From Antedon mediterranea (taxonomy: Eukaryota > Animalia > Echinodermata): DNA of 64,000 nucleotides. Shown here piece by piece: positions 13,401 through 26,522 of this stretch. The position numbers were made by a program, and so were the translations under genes. The stretch spans positions 1,731,812 to 1,795,811 of the forward strand of contig NC_092675.1 of the NCBI RefSeq assembly GCF_964355755.1. Direction: 5' to 3'. The notes below the pieces were generated by a model. The model saw only the letters and a list, made by a program, of their open reading frames with translations, did not search any database and had not been told where the DNA came from. Every line of letters starts with the position of its first letter. The stretch's first letter is position 1.

Positions 13401-16400
13401 TGAGAGAAGTAAGTGGGTCAAAGAGTGAACTCATCAGACTTTTAAACTTGTAACTGGACCATTACCATTACTGAAAATGCAATCCAATCAAAATAAAGAA
13501 TAAATAAATAAATGAATTCATAAATATTAATCTATTACTTTATAGGTGGAGCAGTAACATCTGGATTAGGAATCTACGATACAATGCAATATGTAAGACC
13601 ACCAATAGCGACATGGTGTGTAGGGCAAGCATGTAGCATGGCATCATTACTATTAGCAGCAGGCGCACCTGGTATGAGGCATAGCCTACCAAATTCTAGG
13701 ATAATGGTCCATCAGCCATCTGGAGCTGCTCAGGTATTGAATTGTTCCTTAGTTTGTATTGTGGCATAAAGGGCAAGCCTGTAGCATGGATGCTAGTCCA
13801 TAAAAATGACCACAATCAAACTCTTCTTAGCCTGATTTCCTACCAATGATGTTTTTTTTTTCTTACAGGGTCAGGCAACAGATATAAAAATTCAAGCTGA
13901 GGAGATATTAAAGATGAGAGCACAAATAAATGAACTTTATGTGAAACACACAAGTCAACCATTGAGTGTAATAGGTAAGAGTTTGCATTATTCATAATTT
14001 TCATTTTTGCATTTCACTTATTTTCATTTTATTTATGATTTAACATTTCTTATTACATTGAACGCAACATGCTACAGTGGTTCTCCCTATGCTACAGTAC
14101 CACTACCTGTGCCACTACCCAAGCTACAGTGCCACTACCCATGCTAAAGTGCCACTACCTATGCTACAGTGCCGCTCCCCATGCTACAGTGCCACTACCC
14201 ATGCTACAGTGCCACTACCCATGCTAAAGTGCCACTACCCATGCTACAGTGCCACTACCCACGCTACAGTGCCACTACCCACACTACAGTGCCGCTACAA
14301 ACGCTACAGTGCCGCTCCCCATGCTACAGTGCCACTACCCATGCCACAGTGCCATTACCAACGCTACAGTGCCACTACCTATGCTACAGTGCCACTACCC
14401 ACGCTACAGTGCCGCTCCCCACGCTACAGTGCCGCTCCCCACGCTACAGTGCCACTACCCAAGCTACAGTGCCATTACCCATGCTACAGAGCCACTCCCC
14501 ATGATACAGTGCCGCTCCCCATGCTACAGTGCCGCTCCCCATGCTACAGTGCCATTACCCATGCTACAGTGCCACTCCCCATGCTACAGTGCCGCTCCCC
14601 ACGCTACAGTGCCGCTCCCCACGCTACAGTGCCGTTCCCCACGCTACAGTGCCACTACCAATGCCACTACCAATGCCACAGTGCCATTACCCATGCAACA
14701 GTGCCACTCCCCATGATACAGTGCCGCTCCCCATGCTACAGTGCCACTACCCACGCTACAGTGCCACTACCCACGCTACAGTGCCATTACCCACGCAACA
14801 GTGCCACTCCCCATGATACAGTGCCGCTCCCCATGCTACAGTGCCACTCCCCATGCTACAGTGCCACTCCCCATGCTACAGTGCCACTACCCAAGCTACA
14901 GTGCCACTACCCACGCTACAGTGCCACTACCCACGCTACAGTGCCACTACCAAAGCTACAGTGCCATTACCCATGCTACAGTGCCACTCCCCATGATACA
15001 GTGCCTCTCACCATGCTACAGTGCTTCTCACCATGCTACAATGCCATTTACCTTACAATTTATTTTACCTTTAATAATTACATTTTGCAAGTCTTCATGA
15101 CCAATTAATAGAATTTTCTTTTTAATCTATGGGACAATTGAGCAATTAGTGTATTTGCATTATAATGACTAATATAAGCACTAATGAAAGCATTTCTATA
15201 AATCAACCAATTGAATCTTAACTTTTGAACTGTAGACTTTAAGAAGAAAACTTAACGAATACCGAGAAATGATTTATCTTGGCTTTCGCTTCTAACCCCT
15301 ACCATTTATCAAATTTTGCTTCATAAAATTCTTAGTATTAGATACTTTAGTATTTCCTGAAAATGTCCATAAAAGTGCAAGAGAAGTTGAATGTTGAATG
15401 TTGAATGTTTTACATAACGATTGACATTATACTGTAGTAATTGGAAATACTGTAGAATAATTAATAGTTTCTGAACATTTTGCAAAAAAAAGGATTTAAT
15501 TGTTTTACAGTTCTAGACGACAATTTGGCTTAATATTTGTGAAAAAAAAACATTTTGGCACACATGGCGTGTCATAACTATACTTGAGCTGGAATTTAAA
15601 CAATTTGTGGCAAGTCTACATACTGTAAACATCCATCTGCATATAAAGCAAAATATATAATCTCTCTAAGTTGGAGTTGGATAGCCGATTGGTTAGGACA
15701 CTTGACTGTCATAAAGATAGACCCGTGTTCAATTCCCGACAACTCACAGTCCACTCAGCTGTAAAATGAGTATCTGGTTGAAAATACTAGGGAGAAAAAT
15801 GGCGGCGTGGAAAGGAACTGGCCACCCTACCACATAATGCCGAGGCTTAGTACAATAAGCTTCTAACAGCTTATAATTCCCCTACGTTCAGAATGAACAC
15901 GGGACTCACCTTTACCTTTACGTTTAATCTCTCTAAGATCTTTATGAGTTAACATTATCTATATATAAATTTACGTAAGGGCAAAATTCGGTAAATCGCG
16001 CCTTACTTCTAGAATGTTTACTCGATGGTATATAAAGTTGGTTCGTACTTTCGATACTGATTTTAACCACCTGATGTAACCCTGTTTACTAATTAAATGG
16101 AGTTCGATAATTAGTTATTGATGATTAAAACGAATTGCCCCAATTAGGGGTGTTTTCCGATCGTGGTATACACTGTCCAATGCATGTCTATCTTGAAAAA
16201 TACCCGCATACAATAATACGAGGATGCTTCGCATTTTCCTATCTCCTCCTACGATAATTGTTTTTAATGGATAAAAACCGGTTGAACAGCTCGAGTACAG
16301 CATCATAATGTTGAAGACAGACCTATTTTCTTAAAAACATACTATTTTGATAGATTTAATATACATTTATACAAATGTATTGATTTCCGATGAATGGAAC

Positions 16401-18637
16401 ATTCCAATAATAACTCTTTGCTTTAACTCATGTACCACCAGCTGTAGGTAAATTTATTGGCCCTTGGGGAATTAACCTAAAACCTATATATAGATAAGTA
16501 TTGCAATACTTGGACATTACTGTAAATACGTATTAACATTTGTGGTCGCCATTGAATTTACTGTGAGTGTGGGTACTGTTAGATGTATAACACAATCATG
16601 TACAAATAAACGTATTACTGTGAGTGTAGGCTCTACTGTTATATAGAACGTACAATATACAAATAAACTGTAGTACTGACAGTTGCTTCTCAACGTTTGT
16701 ATTAATTAATAATTACAAAGAATATAAACGTTGTAGTGGTACGTGTATCGTTACATGTACTATGCCATTTCAATCGACTATGACAGTGACAGTTTTAACA
16801 AAGTATTAAGTCGCAAATGTGTTACTGTATCAAGTGGTATATTATTTATAGGCCTGTGAGTAGGCCCTACTGTTATATAAAACGTACAATATACATATAA
16901 ACTGTACTACTGACAGTTGCTTCTCAACGTTTGTATTAATTAATAATTACAAAGAATATAAACGTTGTAGTGGTACGTGTATCGTTACATGTACATGCTA
17001 TTTCAATGGACTATAACAGTGACAGTTTTAATAAAGTATTAAATCGCAAATGTGTTACTGTATCAAGTGGTATATTATTTATAGGCCTGTGAGTAGGCCC
17101 TACTGTTATATAAAACGTACAATATACATATAAACTTTACTACTGACAGTTGCTTCTCAACGTTTGTATTAATTAATAATTATAAAGAATATAAACGTTG
17201 TAGTGGTACGTGTATCGTTACATGTACTATGCTATTTCAATGGACTATGACAGTGACAGTTTTAACAAAGTATTAAGTCGCAAATGTGTTACTGTATCAA
17301 GTGGTATATTATTTATAGGCCTACAGTATCAAAGTGAAAAACATATTTCGTTACTGAGTAGATAAATAATATATTAAAACATTGTTCTTATTTGTACCCA
17401 TATCCTCTCCCCCATCCCTCAAAACTAATGTTACACACAAAACACAAATTGGGTTTGTTTAAATGAGTCCAAATAACAAATTTGGACTCATTTTGTGACA
17501 AGTTTCTCTTTCGGAAGTAATTCCCAGTGTGCTAATTTCAGTTTAATACATAAATCATCGTGTCTATTTATTCGTTTCTGTAAACAATAATAACTATTAT
17601 CGTCCTGCAGTACGTACATCAAAAAAAGCATTTTTTTACGCTGAAATTACTGTGTATTCGAGAACCATCTGTGGGCACGACCTAGATGGTACGCGAGCGA
17701 AGCGAGCGTACCATCTAGTTAAACAAATTCATGCATATTATTAGGATAAAGTCAATGATGTAACGCAATTTAAAATCAAACAGATTTGCATTTATATTTG
17801 TTTCTAATCTTACGGATACTCTGCTGTATTATAAATGGGTATTTGATCAATAAGACATACAAAAAGCGTATGACAATTACTGAAATTATTTAGATGTAAT
17901 GTCTACTATAGTATAATTCGATGATTCACAGAAAATAATAACATAGCTTACGAATAAATAATAAGATAACTTGATATGTGTATACAGTGACTGTGTTGTA
18001 ATTCATGGCCAGTCTCTATTCCTGTACTACACTGCTCTTAAATTGACATAATCTCAACATATATAATATATTAAGCGCTCTTAATTGAGAGAAATCCTTT
18101 AACAATTTGAAAGAAAATTGAAACTTAGTCTGTTGATACCGGTATATACCTACCATTAAAAAATCATTTATTTACTTGAAAAAAAAAAATGTAATTTAAA
18201 GTCAGACAATGTGTTTTGGGTAAATGTAACCATATTATTTAAGCTCTGTCTACACTATCAAACTAGTTTGACAAAAAAAGTGTGATTTTCCCAAATATTG
18301 TAGTGATATGCCCAAATATGGTAGTGATATGACATCATCATATCCATATATGGGCAGATGACATAGAGTCTTATAGTGCAGACAGAGCTTTACATCTTTG
18401 CCTTATCAAATCGACCACTTAAAAAGCATAGAATGAATCATGATGCTAGAATTATAAACCTATTATTCTATAATTTAGTATAATTGTTTCTTTTTCTCTT
18501 CTTTAGAAGAGGCAATGGAACGTGATCGGTTCATGAACCCACTGGCTGCCGTACAGTTCGGCTTGTTAGACAAAGTACTTGAACATACACCAGTGCTACC
18601 AGACCAGGCAAATGACAACAACATTGGCACACCATAA
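10404..18637 (+). CDS. CLPP: ATP-dependent Clp protease proteolytic subunit, mitochondrial
   Basis: Exons 10404-10427 (MFRAKHAK), 10802-10891 (...[10 protein letters not shown]), 12027-12098 ([19 protein letters not shown]), 13262-13358 (...LYINSPG), 13546-13733 (GQACSMAS...HQPSG), 13869-13974 (GQATDI...), 18507-18637 (EAMERDRFM...GLLDKVL...TAA). Ser-His-Asp triad intact; first exon least certain. Confidence 0.93.
14069..15045. repeat. 20-bp minisatellite (atgctacagtgccactaccc), ~48 copies, in ClpP intron 6
   Basis: Direct tandem units. Confidence 0.95.
15671..15924 (+). mobile_element. Full-length tRNA-derived SINE with 13-bp TSD
   Basis: A-box-like TAGCCGATTGG, B-box-like GTTCAATTCC, central ccactcagctgtaaaatgagta motif, (accttt)2 tail; TAATCTCTCTAAG duplicated at 15658-15670 and 15925-15937. 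Confidence 0.8.
15958..17718 (+). mobile_element. Non-autonomous Helitron containing 3 x ~234-bp tandem repeats
   Basis: A|TCTATATATA 5' end, subterminal hairpin ctagatggtacgc...gcgtaccatctag, 3' CTAG|T, no TSD. Confidence 0.75.
16617..17322. repeat. ~234-bp tandem repeat x3 inside the Helitron
   Basis: Anchor tactgttatata at 16634, 16868 and 17101. Confidence 0.9.
18242..18389. mobile_element. MITE family A copy
   Basis: TIRs, TTA on both flanks. Confidence 0.8.
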
Positions 18638-18962
18638 CATACACCAGTGCTACCAGACCAGGCAAATGACAACAACATTGGCACACCATAACATACACCA
18701 GTGCTACCAGACCAGGCAAATGACAATAACATTGGCACACCATAACATACACCAGTGCTACCAGACCAGGCAAATGACAACAACATTGGCACACCATAAC
18801 ATACACCAGTTGCTGCCAGACCAGGAAAATGACAACAACATAAGCACACCATAACATACACCAGTGCTACCAGACCAGGCAAATGACAACAACATTGGCA
18901 CACCATAACATACACCAGTGCTACCAGACCAGGAAAATGACAACAACATAAGCACATCATAA
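18584..18962 (+). repeat. 54-bp tandem repeat x7 spanning the ClpP C-terminal codons, stop codon and 3'UTR
   Basis: Unit catacaccagtgctaccagaccaggcaaatgacaacaacattggcacaccataa = [17 protein letters not shown]. Confidence 0.95.
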
Positions 18963-19028
18963 CATAAATGTTTATTTTCTTCATTTGATCTTGTTTTCAA
19001 TTTTCTAGGCTAGAAAATAAAACAACAT

Positions 19029-19355
19029 AGATGTATTGTCCCCTGAAAAACAATTGAAAACATTTTTTTGTTGAATAGTCATATAATTAATGCCACATAA
19101 TTTCCAATAATTGGATAAAAATAAAATTGCATTTACCTGATAAAACCATATTTAAAAAAAAACGCCAATCAGAAGCCAATTGATTGGTTGTTAAGTTAAC
19201 TGTTTCTTTTGTCTGTTTTATAAGAAAAATCATTATAACTATGTTCATTTTTTTGGCCAAAAGTGAATAATTTTATTAAACCTAAAAATTACCTATTCGA
19301 ATTCTGATTCTATTCACCTTTATTTGTCATATTTTCGGGAACAATGCATCTTTAA
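19029..19355. mobile_element. Kolobok-like MITE (TIR AGATGTATTGTCCCC, TTAA-type flanks); related copies ~27030-27280, ~31622-31814, ~41649-42038
   Basis: agatgtattgtcccc ... gggaacaatgcatctttaa; internal segments shared among the four copies. Confidence 0.55.
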
Positions 19356-20530
19356 AGACTTTTTGAAAAATAAATCTTTTTAGAAAATACATATAAAAAA
19401 CATTAAAGATTTTAATAGATTAACAAGTTTTCTAAGCTAGAGAAAGAACAACATTTGTTTATTGTTTAAATCTTTAAAAAAAACAACTATAAAATAAAAA
19501 CACTAGGCCTGTATAAAGATAGTATAGTAATTAAACAATTACCTATGCTAGAAAATAAAGAAGACCTGTTAAAACATGTACCGTAGAAGTAATGATAAAT
19601 AATAAATACATTTACTATAAAATATGAATAGATGACTAGACTATGAATAATGAATATATAACAATATTGTTTATTTTCAAACTAAGAACATTGTATAACA
19701 ATGAGGATGCTTGTAGATATATGAAGTTGTAACTATAAAATAACATGATTATGTTTCATATATCATTTTTGATTACATTGTGGTTGATATTCATTCACTG
19801 TACAACGCAAATCATTATCTTAAGAATATTCGAAAATACTAAATCAAAACACTTGGGGTTTTGAACATTACTTTCAGTCTCTGAAAATTAAACATTTATT
19901 ACTTAAATTCCTTGTATATATATATAAATCATCAACTAAAACGAAATCAAATAATTACATTTAATGTTTTTCCCAACAAGAGTTTAATGTCCTTTTTTAA
20001 ACTGATTTGTTTTTTTATTAACAAAGTGATTAATTTTGTGATTGCAATGGAATATTAATAACTTGCTTGTAATTACAATATGAAATTGAAATTTCATTTC
20101 CTCTTAGATGGACTCCTTGGTTTATATAAATGTCACAGACAATTATATTAACAATCTACGAAAGCCTATTCCTGCCACTTAAAGCCTATTCTTGCCAATT
20201 AAAGCTCAGGTACAGGCATGCATTTTAAATATATTATCTGGTTCCCAATGGTTAAATGTACATAAAACAAATATGTGTAACAGAAATCAGGACGAAAAAA
20301 CATGAATTTCCCTTAAAGTGGCCAAATACAAACATCCTTTTTTCAGTAATTAGGTAGTTTAACCAATGTATTACCATATCCGGTAACTCCCTAGAAAGTG
20401 AAACAAAGTTGGTGGGTATACAGTGGATAATTTGACTATAGTACGAAAAAAACAAAATAAAAGTACGAAAAAAAATATGAGTTCAATAAAAACAGAACAG
20501 AAACGTAAGTCATTTTACCTATATTTAGTC

Positions 20531-20772
20531 ATCTGATAACATTTTGTTGAAATTTCGACATAAAAAACAATGATGATCTAAAAATATCCCTTTATACAAT
20601 TTAAATGCTATTACATTGTAAATTGGTCTTTTAAGAACGTCTGCCGTTGTAATCTGATAACATTTTGTTGAAATTTCGACATAAAAAACAATGATGATCT
20701 AAAAATATCCCTTTATACAATTTAAATGTTATTACATTGTAAATTGGTCTTTTAAGAACGTCTGCCGTTTTA
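20531..20772. repeat. 121-bp tandem duplication (2 copies)
   Basis: Near-identical copies starting atctgataacattttgttg. Confidence 0.9.
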
Positions 20773-21635
20773 ATCTATAAAAATCGTTATGTTCAATTAA
20801 AAAAGTTATAGTTATAACAGTACATATTATTTTTATTCCGACATTTGAAATTGACCGTTACAAATGACATTGTATGTATATGCCTAGATATACAATATTA
20901 ACATACACAGCTGTATACGCAATTTATGACGTAACCAGTCAAGTAAGAAATGATATTACTCAATTATAGAGAAAAAATAGCACTATATGAATTCAGTATA
21001 TTTTATATTCTGTAAAATGACGGTTTTGGCAAATTTGTTCAAATTAATTTTTTAAATAGTGCTATAGAAATGTAGCATTTTATTAGTCATTTGTAGTCTT
21101 ATGTACGAACTAAAAAGTCGCATCCATGAACTTTATATACCAATCGAATGTCACGTTTCCTTCCATATTGGAACCACCACTCAGCCCTAACATTAACCCT
21201 GAATCATGGGTACATCTTAAACTATCTAGCGCACATTAAACATGAACCCTGACATTATTATCGTACGGTTGTTTCAATCACCAATCCAGAAACGTATAAA
21301 AATAGTCTGCAAATTCATAAAATTTAATTATATTTGACGTTGGAAAATTAACTGTGAAAATAACACATTGAAATAACAGTATGTTGCACTACTACACTCT
21401 TGAACTCTCATATGTATCATAAATAACGACTTGTTTGCTGTGAAAGCTTTACATACATTTGCATGAGACATTACTCATATTTCATGTCTAACTACTTGTT
21501 GTGATGTAGATGACGCTAATGTCTGTATTGTTTTTATATTAAAGAAACTATATATTGAGATACTGTGGACGTATTCACCATTCACAATTAAGGCCAATTT
21601 ACACAGACAAGCGGTAACGGTAATACAAATACAGA

Positions 21636-21814
21636 AGCTATGTTCCCACTAGGACGTAACGCAAGGACGTAAACGCAACGCAAGCGTTTTAACCAATGAC
21701 AAGCGAAGTTATAGACACTTAACAATCACAAGCGAATAAGCCATCGCTTGTGATTGGTCAATTCACTTGCGTTGCGTTCCGTCCTTGTGTTGCGTCGCTA
21801 GTGGGAACCACGCT
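21636..21814. mobile_element. CCAAT-containing palindromic MITE (family B); related copies ~2590-2640, ~8670-8775, ~9038-9136, ~22239-22500
   Basis: TIR gttcccactag...ctagtgggaac, internal acgcaacgcaa repeats, mirrored ccaat/attgg. Confidence 0.7.
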
Positions 21815-21849
21815 TTATGACGGGCGATTTCCGCTGAGGATAGATACAG

Positions 21850-21883
21850 CAGGGAGTTGTAAAATAAGTTTTACAACTCCCTG
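21850..21883. mobile_element. 34-bp TIR-only micro-element with 7-bp TSD (gatacag)
   Basis: Perfect 15-bp TIR cagggagttgtaaaa/ttttacaactccctg, 4-bp spacer, flanking direct repeat. Confidence 0.75.
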
Positions 21884-24204
21884 GATACAGATTCTACGTT
21901 ACCGCTCGCCTGTGTAAACTGGCCTTAGGCTAAGGAAAACACTTCTAGCTAAGTGAATAAAAAAATCTCATAGCTAAGTGAATACAAAAATATCCTAGCT
22001 AAGTGAATACAATTTAAGTGAAATATTTAATATGTAAGGGAAATATTTCAATTAAGTGTGATTGATGAATACGGCCACTGGACGGTAACATTATGTATGG
22101 ATTTCCTAGTAATAGAACATTGATTTTCATTTCCTACGCGGTGGTTTCATAATTGTAATATTTAGTTATAATTTATGGATAGTGGAGGTTGTTTACTCTG
22201 TTAATGCATTTACGATTTGAATGTGTGAATTAACTTGAAGCTTGTTTCCAAATTTACGCAACGCAACGACGTAAGCGCAACGCAATGACCTAAGCGCAAC
22301 TCAGCGACGTAATCGCAACGCAAGTGAATTGACCAATGACAAGCGACAGTTCGAATACTCATTGGTTCCCACTAGACACGGAACGCAAGTACGTAACGCA
22401 ACGTAAGTAATTTGACCAATCAAATGCGATGAATGTGATTGGTAAACTTACTTGCGTTCCGTCTACGTCCTTGCGTTGCTTCCCAATAGGAACCAAGCAT
22501 AAGAGAACATTCTTTTGTTATTTTGGTTTAAATAAGTGAACATTTGGTTGTTGATTGTCTTTTTAAAAAAAAAGTCGAAGGTAGGGAGGTTTTTCCTTGA
22601 ATTTGAGACATCTGACCGGGACGGACAATTATTGTTTTGTTGTGGCCCTTGTTGACTTACTTTATTCAACTTGTAAATTATCAATCTCAGTAGGCCTCAG
22701 TATTTCTATCTAACTTCGCCATTTCAGTACATCGGCAAGGAAAATAAATCGTCGGATAATCAATTTTAATATATTTTAAAAATTGGCACCAATTTTAGCT
22801 GTTTGTTTGGTTTGTTTACGCACCTGACTCAGTACTGTATAATCATTCAGTATCTTGGAAGGTTCTATGAACCATCAGCGTTACATGAATTACTTACTTA
22901 CTTACAAACTTCAAACAAGATTACGGGTTGGCTAAAAATAATGTCACAACCATAATTCAATTCAATTCAATTCACATTTATTCACGTCCAGAAGACAAAA
23001 GTAACAAAAACAAAATGGCGAGTGATAATACAAGAAAATGGACGAAGGCAAATCCCAAAAAGATAAGAATCTTGTGACAGGATTGAAAAAAAAAAATATA
23101 TAAATAAAGAAAATAAATTAATTAAACAATAAAGAAATAAAAAAATAAATATATATAAAACCAGTAGATAAAAGTTTGAATAATGTCATTTGACGCTGTA
23201 GGCCTATAACGCTTTCCTAGACACGCTAGGATTTCGACTACATTAGAATTACATTAGAAGATAAGTATGTCAGTCATAACCAGACACTAGACAAAACGTA
23301 TGCTCATAATTCTAACATTGAGCCTGTCGGTAATACTGCCGGATTATTATCTCTTTTCAACATCGAATTAAAGGATCATAGAGCGTAAACTAGACAAAAT
23401 CAAAATTCGTTCTCGGAAGCTTTAGCATTTTTCGGAGAATTAAAAAAAAAACACGTCTAGAGGTTAGTGCATTGTTCAAAGGAAGAAAATAACATGAATA
23501 ATAAATCACTAAATAAATCATTAAATCACTTTTTATTATTTGTATATGTTGTCATAGCAACAAAAGAACAACGTTTTCTTGAAGCTCCGGTTCACTAAAT
23601 GACCTTTGAACCCTGTGTTTATATATGCTCAATCGTGATTCATAAGATAAATACATACAGCATACTGTCCAGTTGACATTCAGTACCGTATTTAATACTC
23701 ACTATACATTGGAACATGTTGTTAATATAATCATGCTAGTCTACGGCTAGGCCCTCCCTTCACGGACTTAAACCAGGCGACCGGTGAGTTTTTGTGAAAT
23801 TAAAGATCGTTTTTCATATCATAATGTTTGCTACTGATACGCTGCTAAATGTGAAGTCTGAGGAATACTCTATTAGTATTAATACAATTAAATATTAGAT
23901 TGTCAATATCGCAAACGACACTCTTCTGTTTACCTATATAGCTACCTTTATACGAATAGAACTTAAGTGTGATCTTAGACAGTGACAGGTTTGTGTCCCC
24001 TCCTCTCGTTCACTATGTTATGATATCCTATACATATTTCTATTCATACGAATATGCCTAATCTCAACGTATACCGTATAGTAAATAATACGATAGTTAT
24101 AGGCCATATTTAACATTACTTTGGGGAAACTATCACATGCTTTTTAGATCGTGGTAGTTTCCGTTTAGACCTTACTCCTTTCGCTTTAGTGTGCGACCTT
24201 AGAA

Positions 24205-24491
24205 ATTATAATAATACGTCCACATTTATATAGCGACCTTTTCATGAGTAATCATGCTCAAAGGCGGGTCATTTTTGGATCAAACACTATGAAAACATAC
24301 TCCGATAATGCAGCTAGTAATCAGCACAAAGTTGTGGCTTGATCTAACCGGTACCCATTTATACACCTGGGTGGAGAGAGGCAAACGTAAATAAAGTATC
24401 TTGATACAAGCAATGCGGCGAGAGTTGGATTCGAACCACGACCTCACGATCGGTAATCCAGCGTACTGCCAACACACTGCGCCACACGCCC
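24205..24491 (-). mobile_element. tRNA-derived SINE with L2-type tail
   Basis: Minus strand: A box TGGCGCAGT, B box GGTTCGAATCC, ctctccacccaggtgtataaatgggtacc central motif, cgctatataaat...tattatt tail. Confidence 0.75.
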
Positions 24492-26357
24492 TTACAGAAC
24501 TTAATTAACCTACACACACGTACGTAATAGAAATGATATTCTCGACGTTACAAACATTTCTAATTACTGAAGAAGATGATAGATTATGAATTTCAAGACG
24601 GTCATTAGTTATTCAACTCTCGGCTGTAGCAGACGTAGACTTCTTCTTAACGGTAGGATGTTGGACACCTAGAGGCTATCTAATGAAATATTAACACCTT
24701 CCAACCATCCAGGTCAATAACGTAAATCATAGCTATTTGAAACGTGATACAGATTAATAATGATAATATTTTACCTTTATATAATCAGGCACTAGAGGCA
24801 TGTATGCGCCAATGTAATATTAAATTAGCAAATACGTTTTGAATTTCATTTTAGTTGTTGAATAAAATGATAATGATAAATTTGGACTTATAAGTGCATA
24901 ATGCATAAAGCCTCTATGCGCTTCACATAAAATAAAAGTAATCCATGAAAAAAAAAAAAAATAAATAAATAACAGTTTAAAAATAATAAACAAATTAAAT
25001 TATTAATATTAGTAAAAACAAGAGAACTAAAATAAAAAAAAAACTTTCACGTGATTTTTCTCCAACCTCCAATATCTAATTTACCTTGTTTCTAATGCAA
25101 TTTTCGTATTTATACAAATCGTTCAAATGATGCTTTGTGCGCCCTCATTTATGATCTGAAATCGCTGTAAATAATAAATCTATAAATTATTTGACTATTA
25201 CATATATATGCGTTATCAATAAAACCGTCATTCCGTGTAGGCCTACACTGACACGCTCACTCAAACCACGCTGCGAGCTGAACTTAATCTTATCGCGTAT
25301 TTACTGAAGTTCTAAATCTGGTTTATTTGTGCCATGCATACGTTTACGGAAATATCACAAGAACATATTCGAACATTATTTCCTTGATCTCGATCCTGAT
25401 AAGAGGATGTGTTGTTGTCCAGTACTGTACTTTTTTCTTTAACCGGTAAGCATGTTATTTATGGTTCTTATTATAGGGAGTAGTGTATGTGATTAATGTG
25501 TTAGATAAGTATATGCTAGACAAAGTCTAGATTACATTAGAGGGTTTATATTTATAGGCCACCGAATACTTCTTCGCCAAACTACCGTAGCTCATACGTA
25601 CGTTATCGTTAGCATTAATGCTAGTTAATTAATTAAAATTCCGGATTTAAAATAGGACTATATCAGTATATTTCAAAAGGCAAATTAATGAAAACATGAC
25701 AATGCTGTAGAAGGCACAAAAATAAGCAACATCAAAACAACAGTAGGCCTACAGTAACAGCAAGAAAAGAACATTACAGATTCGGGTAACATAACAACTG
25801 ATCTACCACTTCCACAGTGTAAGTCAAGCCATGACTGTAATTGTTAAATATTTTAACTCACGCTTTCTGCTTTTTATTGTTTTATTGCAGTTTTATACCT
25901 TTTTATCTCCATTTTATGTGTATTGTTCTTGTTGTCTTGTGTACATATGTTGACAATGAGTTTGACCAAATAAATGAATGAATGTATATAATAATATATA
26001 ATATATCAGTATTTTATAAACTTATGATTTTATTCAGAATAATTCTTTATAATTAAGCAATATTGTTTTTATATATTCACCATCTGTTGGGTATGATAAG
26101 AGATAGCACAGCGTGTAGGTATTTAACAATGCACTATCCACAACAATCATTACCTTTTAGCCTTTATCAATTATTAAAGAGTATAATAATTCAATATACA
26201 CACATTATAAACTGGCGGTGTGAATTGAATTTTTTTAATAGAATATTAAGTGGCTTGTTTTAACGCAAGTCTGGCAGCACTCAGGAAAGGAAGCTGAACA
26301 GGTTTTACATTTTGCATTTACTATTTCCTATGTACTTCCTTTACAGCTGCTAGCTAA

Positions 26358-26522
26358 AGCCCTGTCTACACTATCAAACTAGTTTGACAACAAAAAGTGT
26401 GAATTAGTGCCCAAATATGGTAGTGATGTGCCCAAATATGGTAGTGATATGACATCATCATGTCCATACATAGGCACATCACATTGTTTTGTCACATGAA
26501 GTTTGATAGTGTAAACAGAGCT
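26358..26522. mobile_element. MITE family A copy
   Basis: TIRs and core with duplicated 20-bp gcccaaatatggtagtgat unit. Confidence 0.8.

Larger units (their letters stand above)
21591..21925. mobile_element. Harbinger-like MITE hosting two nested insertions
   Basis: ~29-bp TIR aggccaatttacacagacaagcggtaacg / cgttaccgctcgcctgtgtaaactggcct. Confidence 0.7.

Noticed and set aside
14077-15108. 343-aa Cys/Pro/His-rich ORF
   Set aside because: Translation of a 20-bp minisatellite inside the ClpP intron.
18475-19000. Minus-strand Cys-rich hydrophobic ORFs
   Set aside because: Antisense readings of the 54-bp ClpP terminal repeat.
23610-25450. Possible non-coding 5' exons of the sialyltransferase (donor-like sites ~23783 and ~25446)
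   Set aside because: Plausible, but rests only on short consensus motifs.
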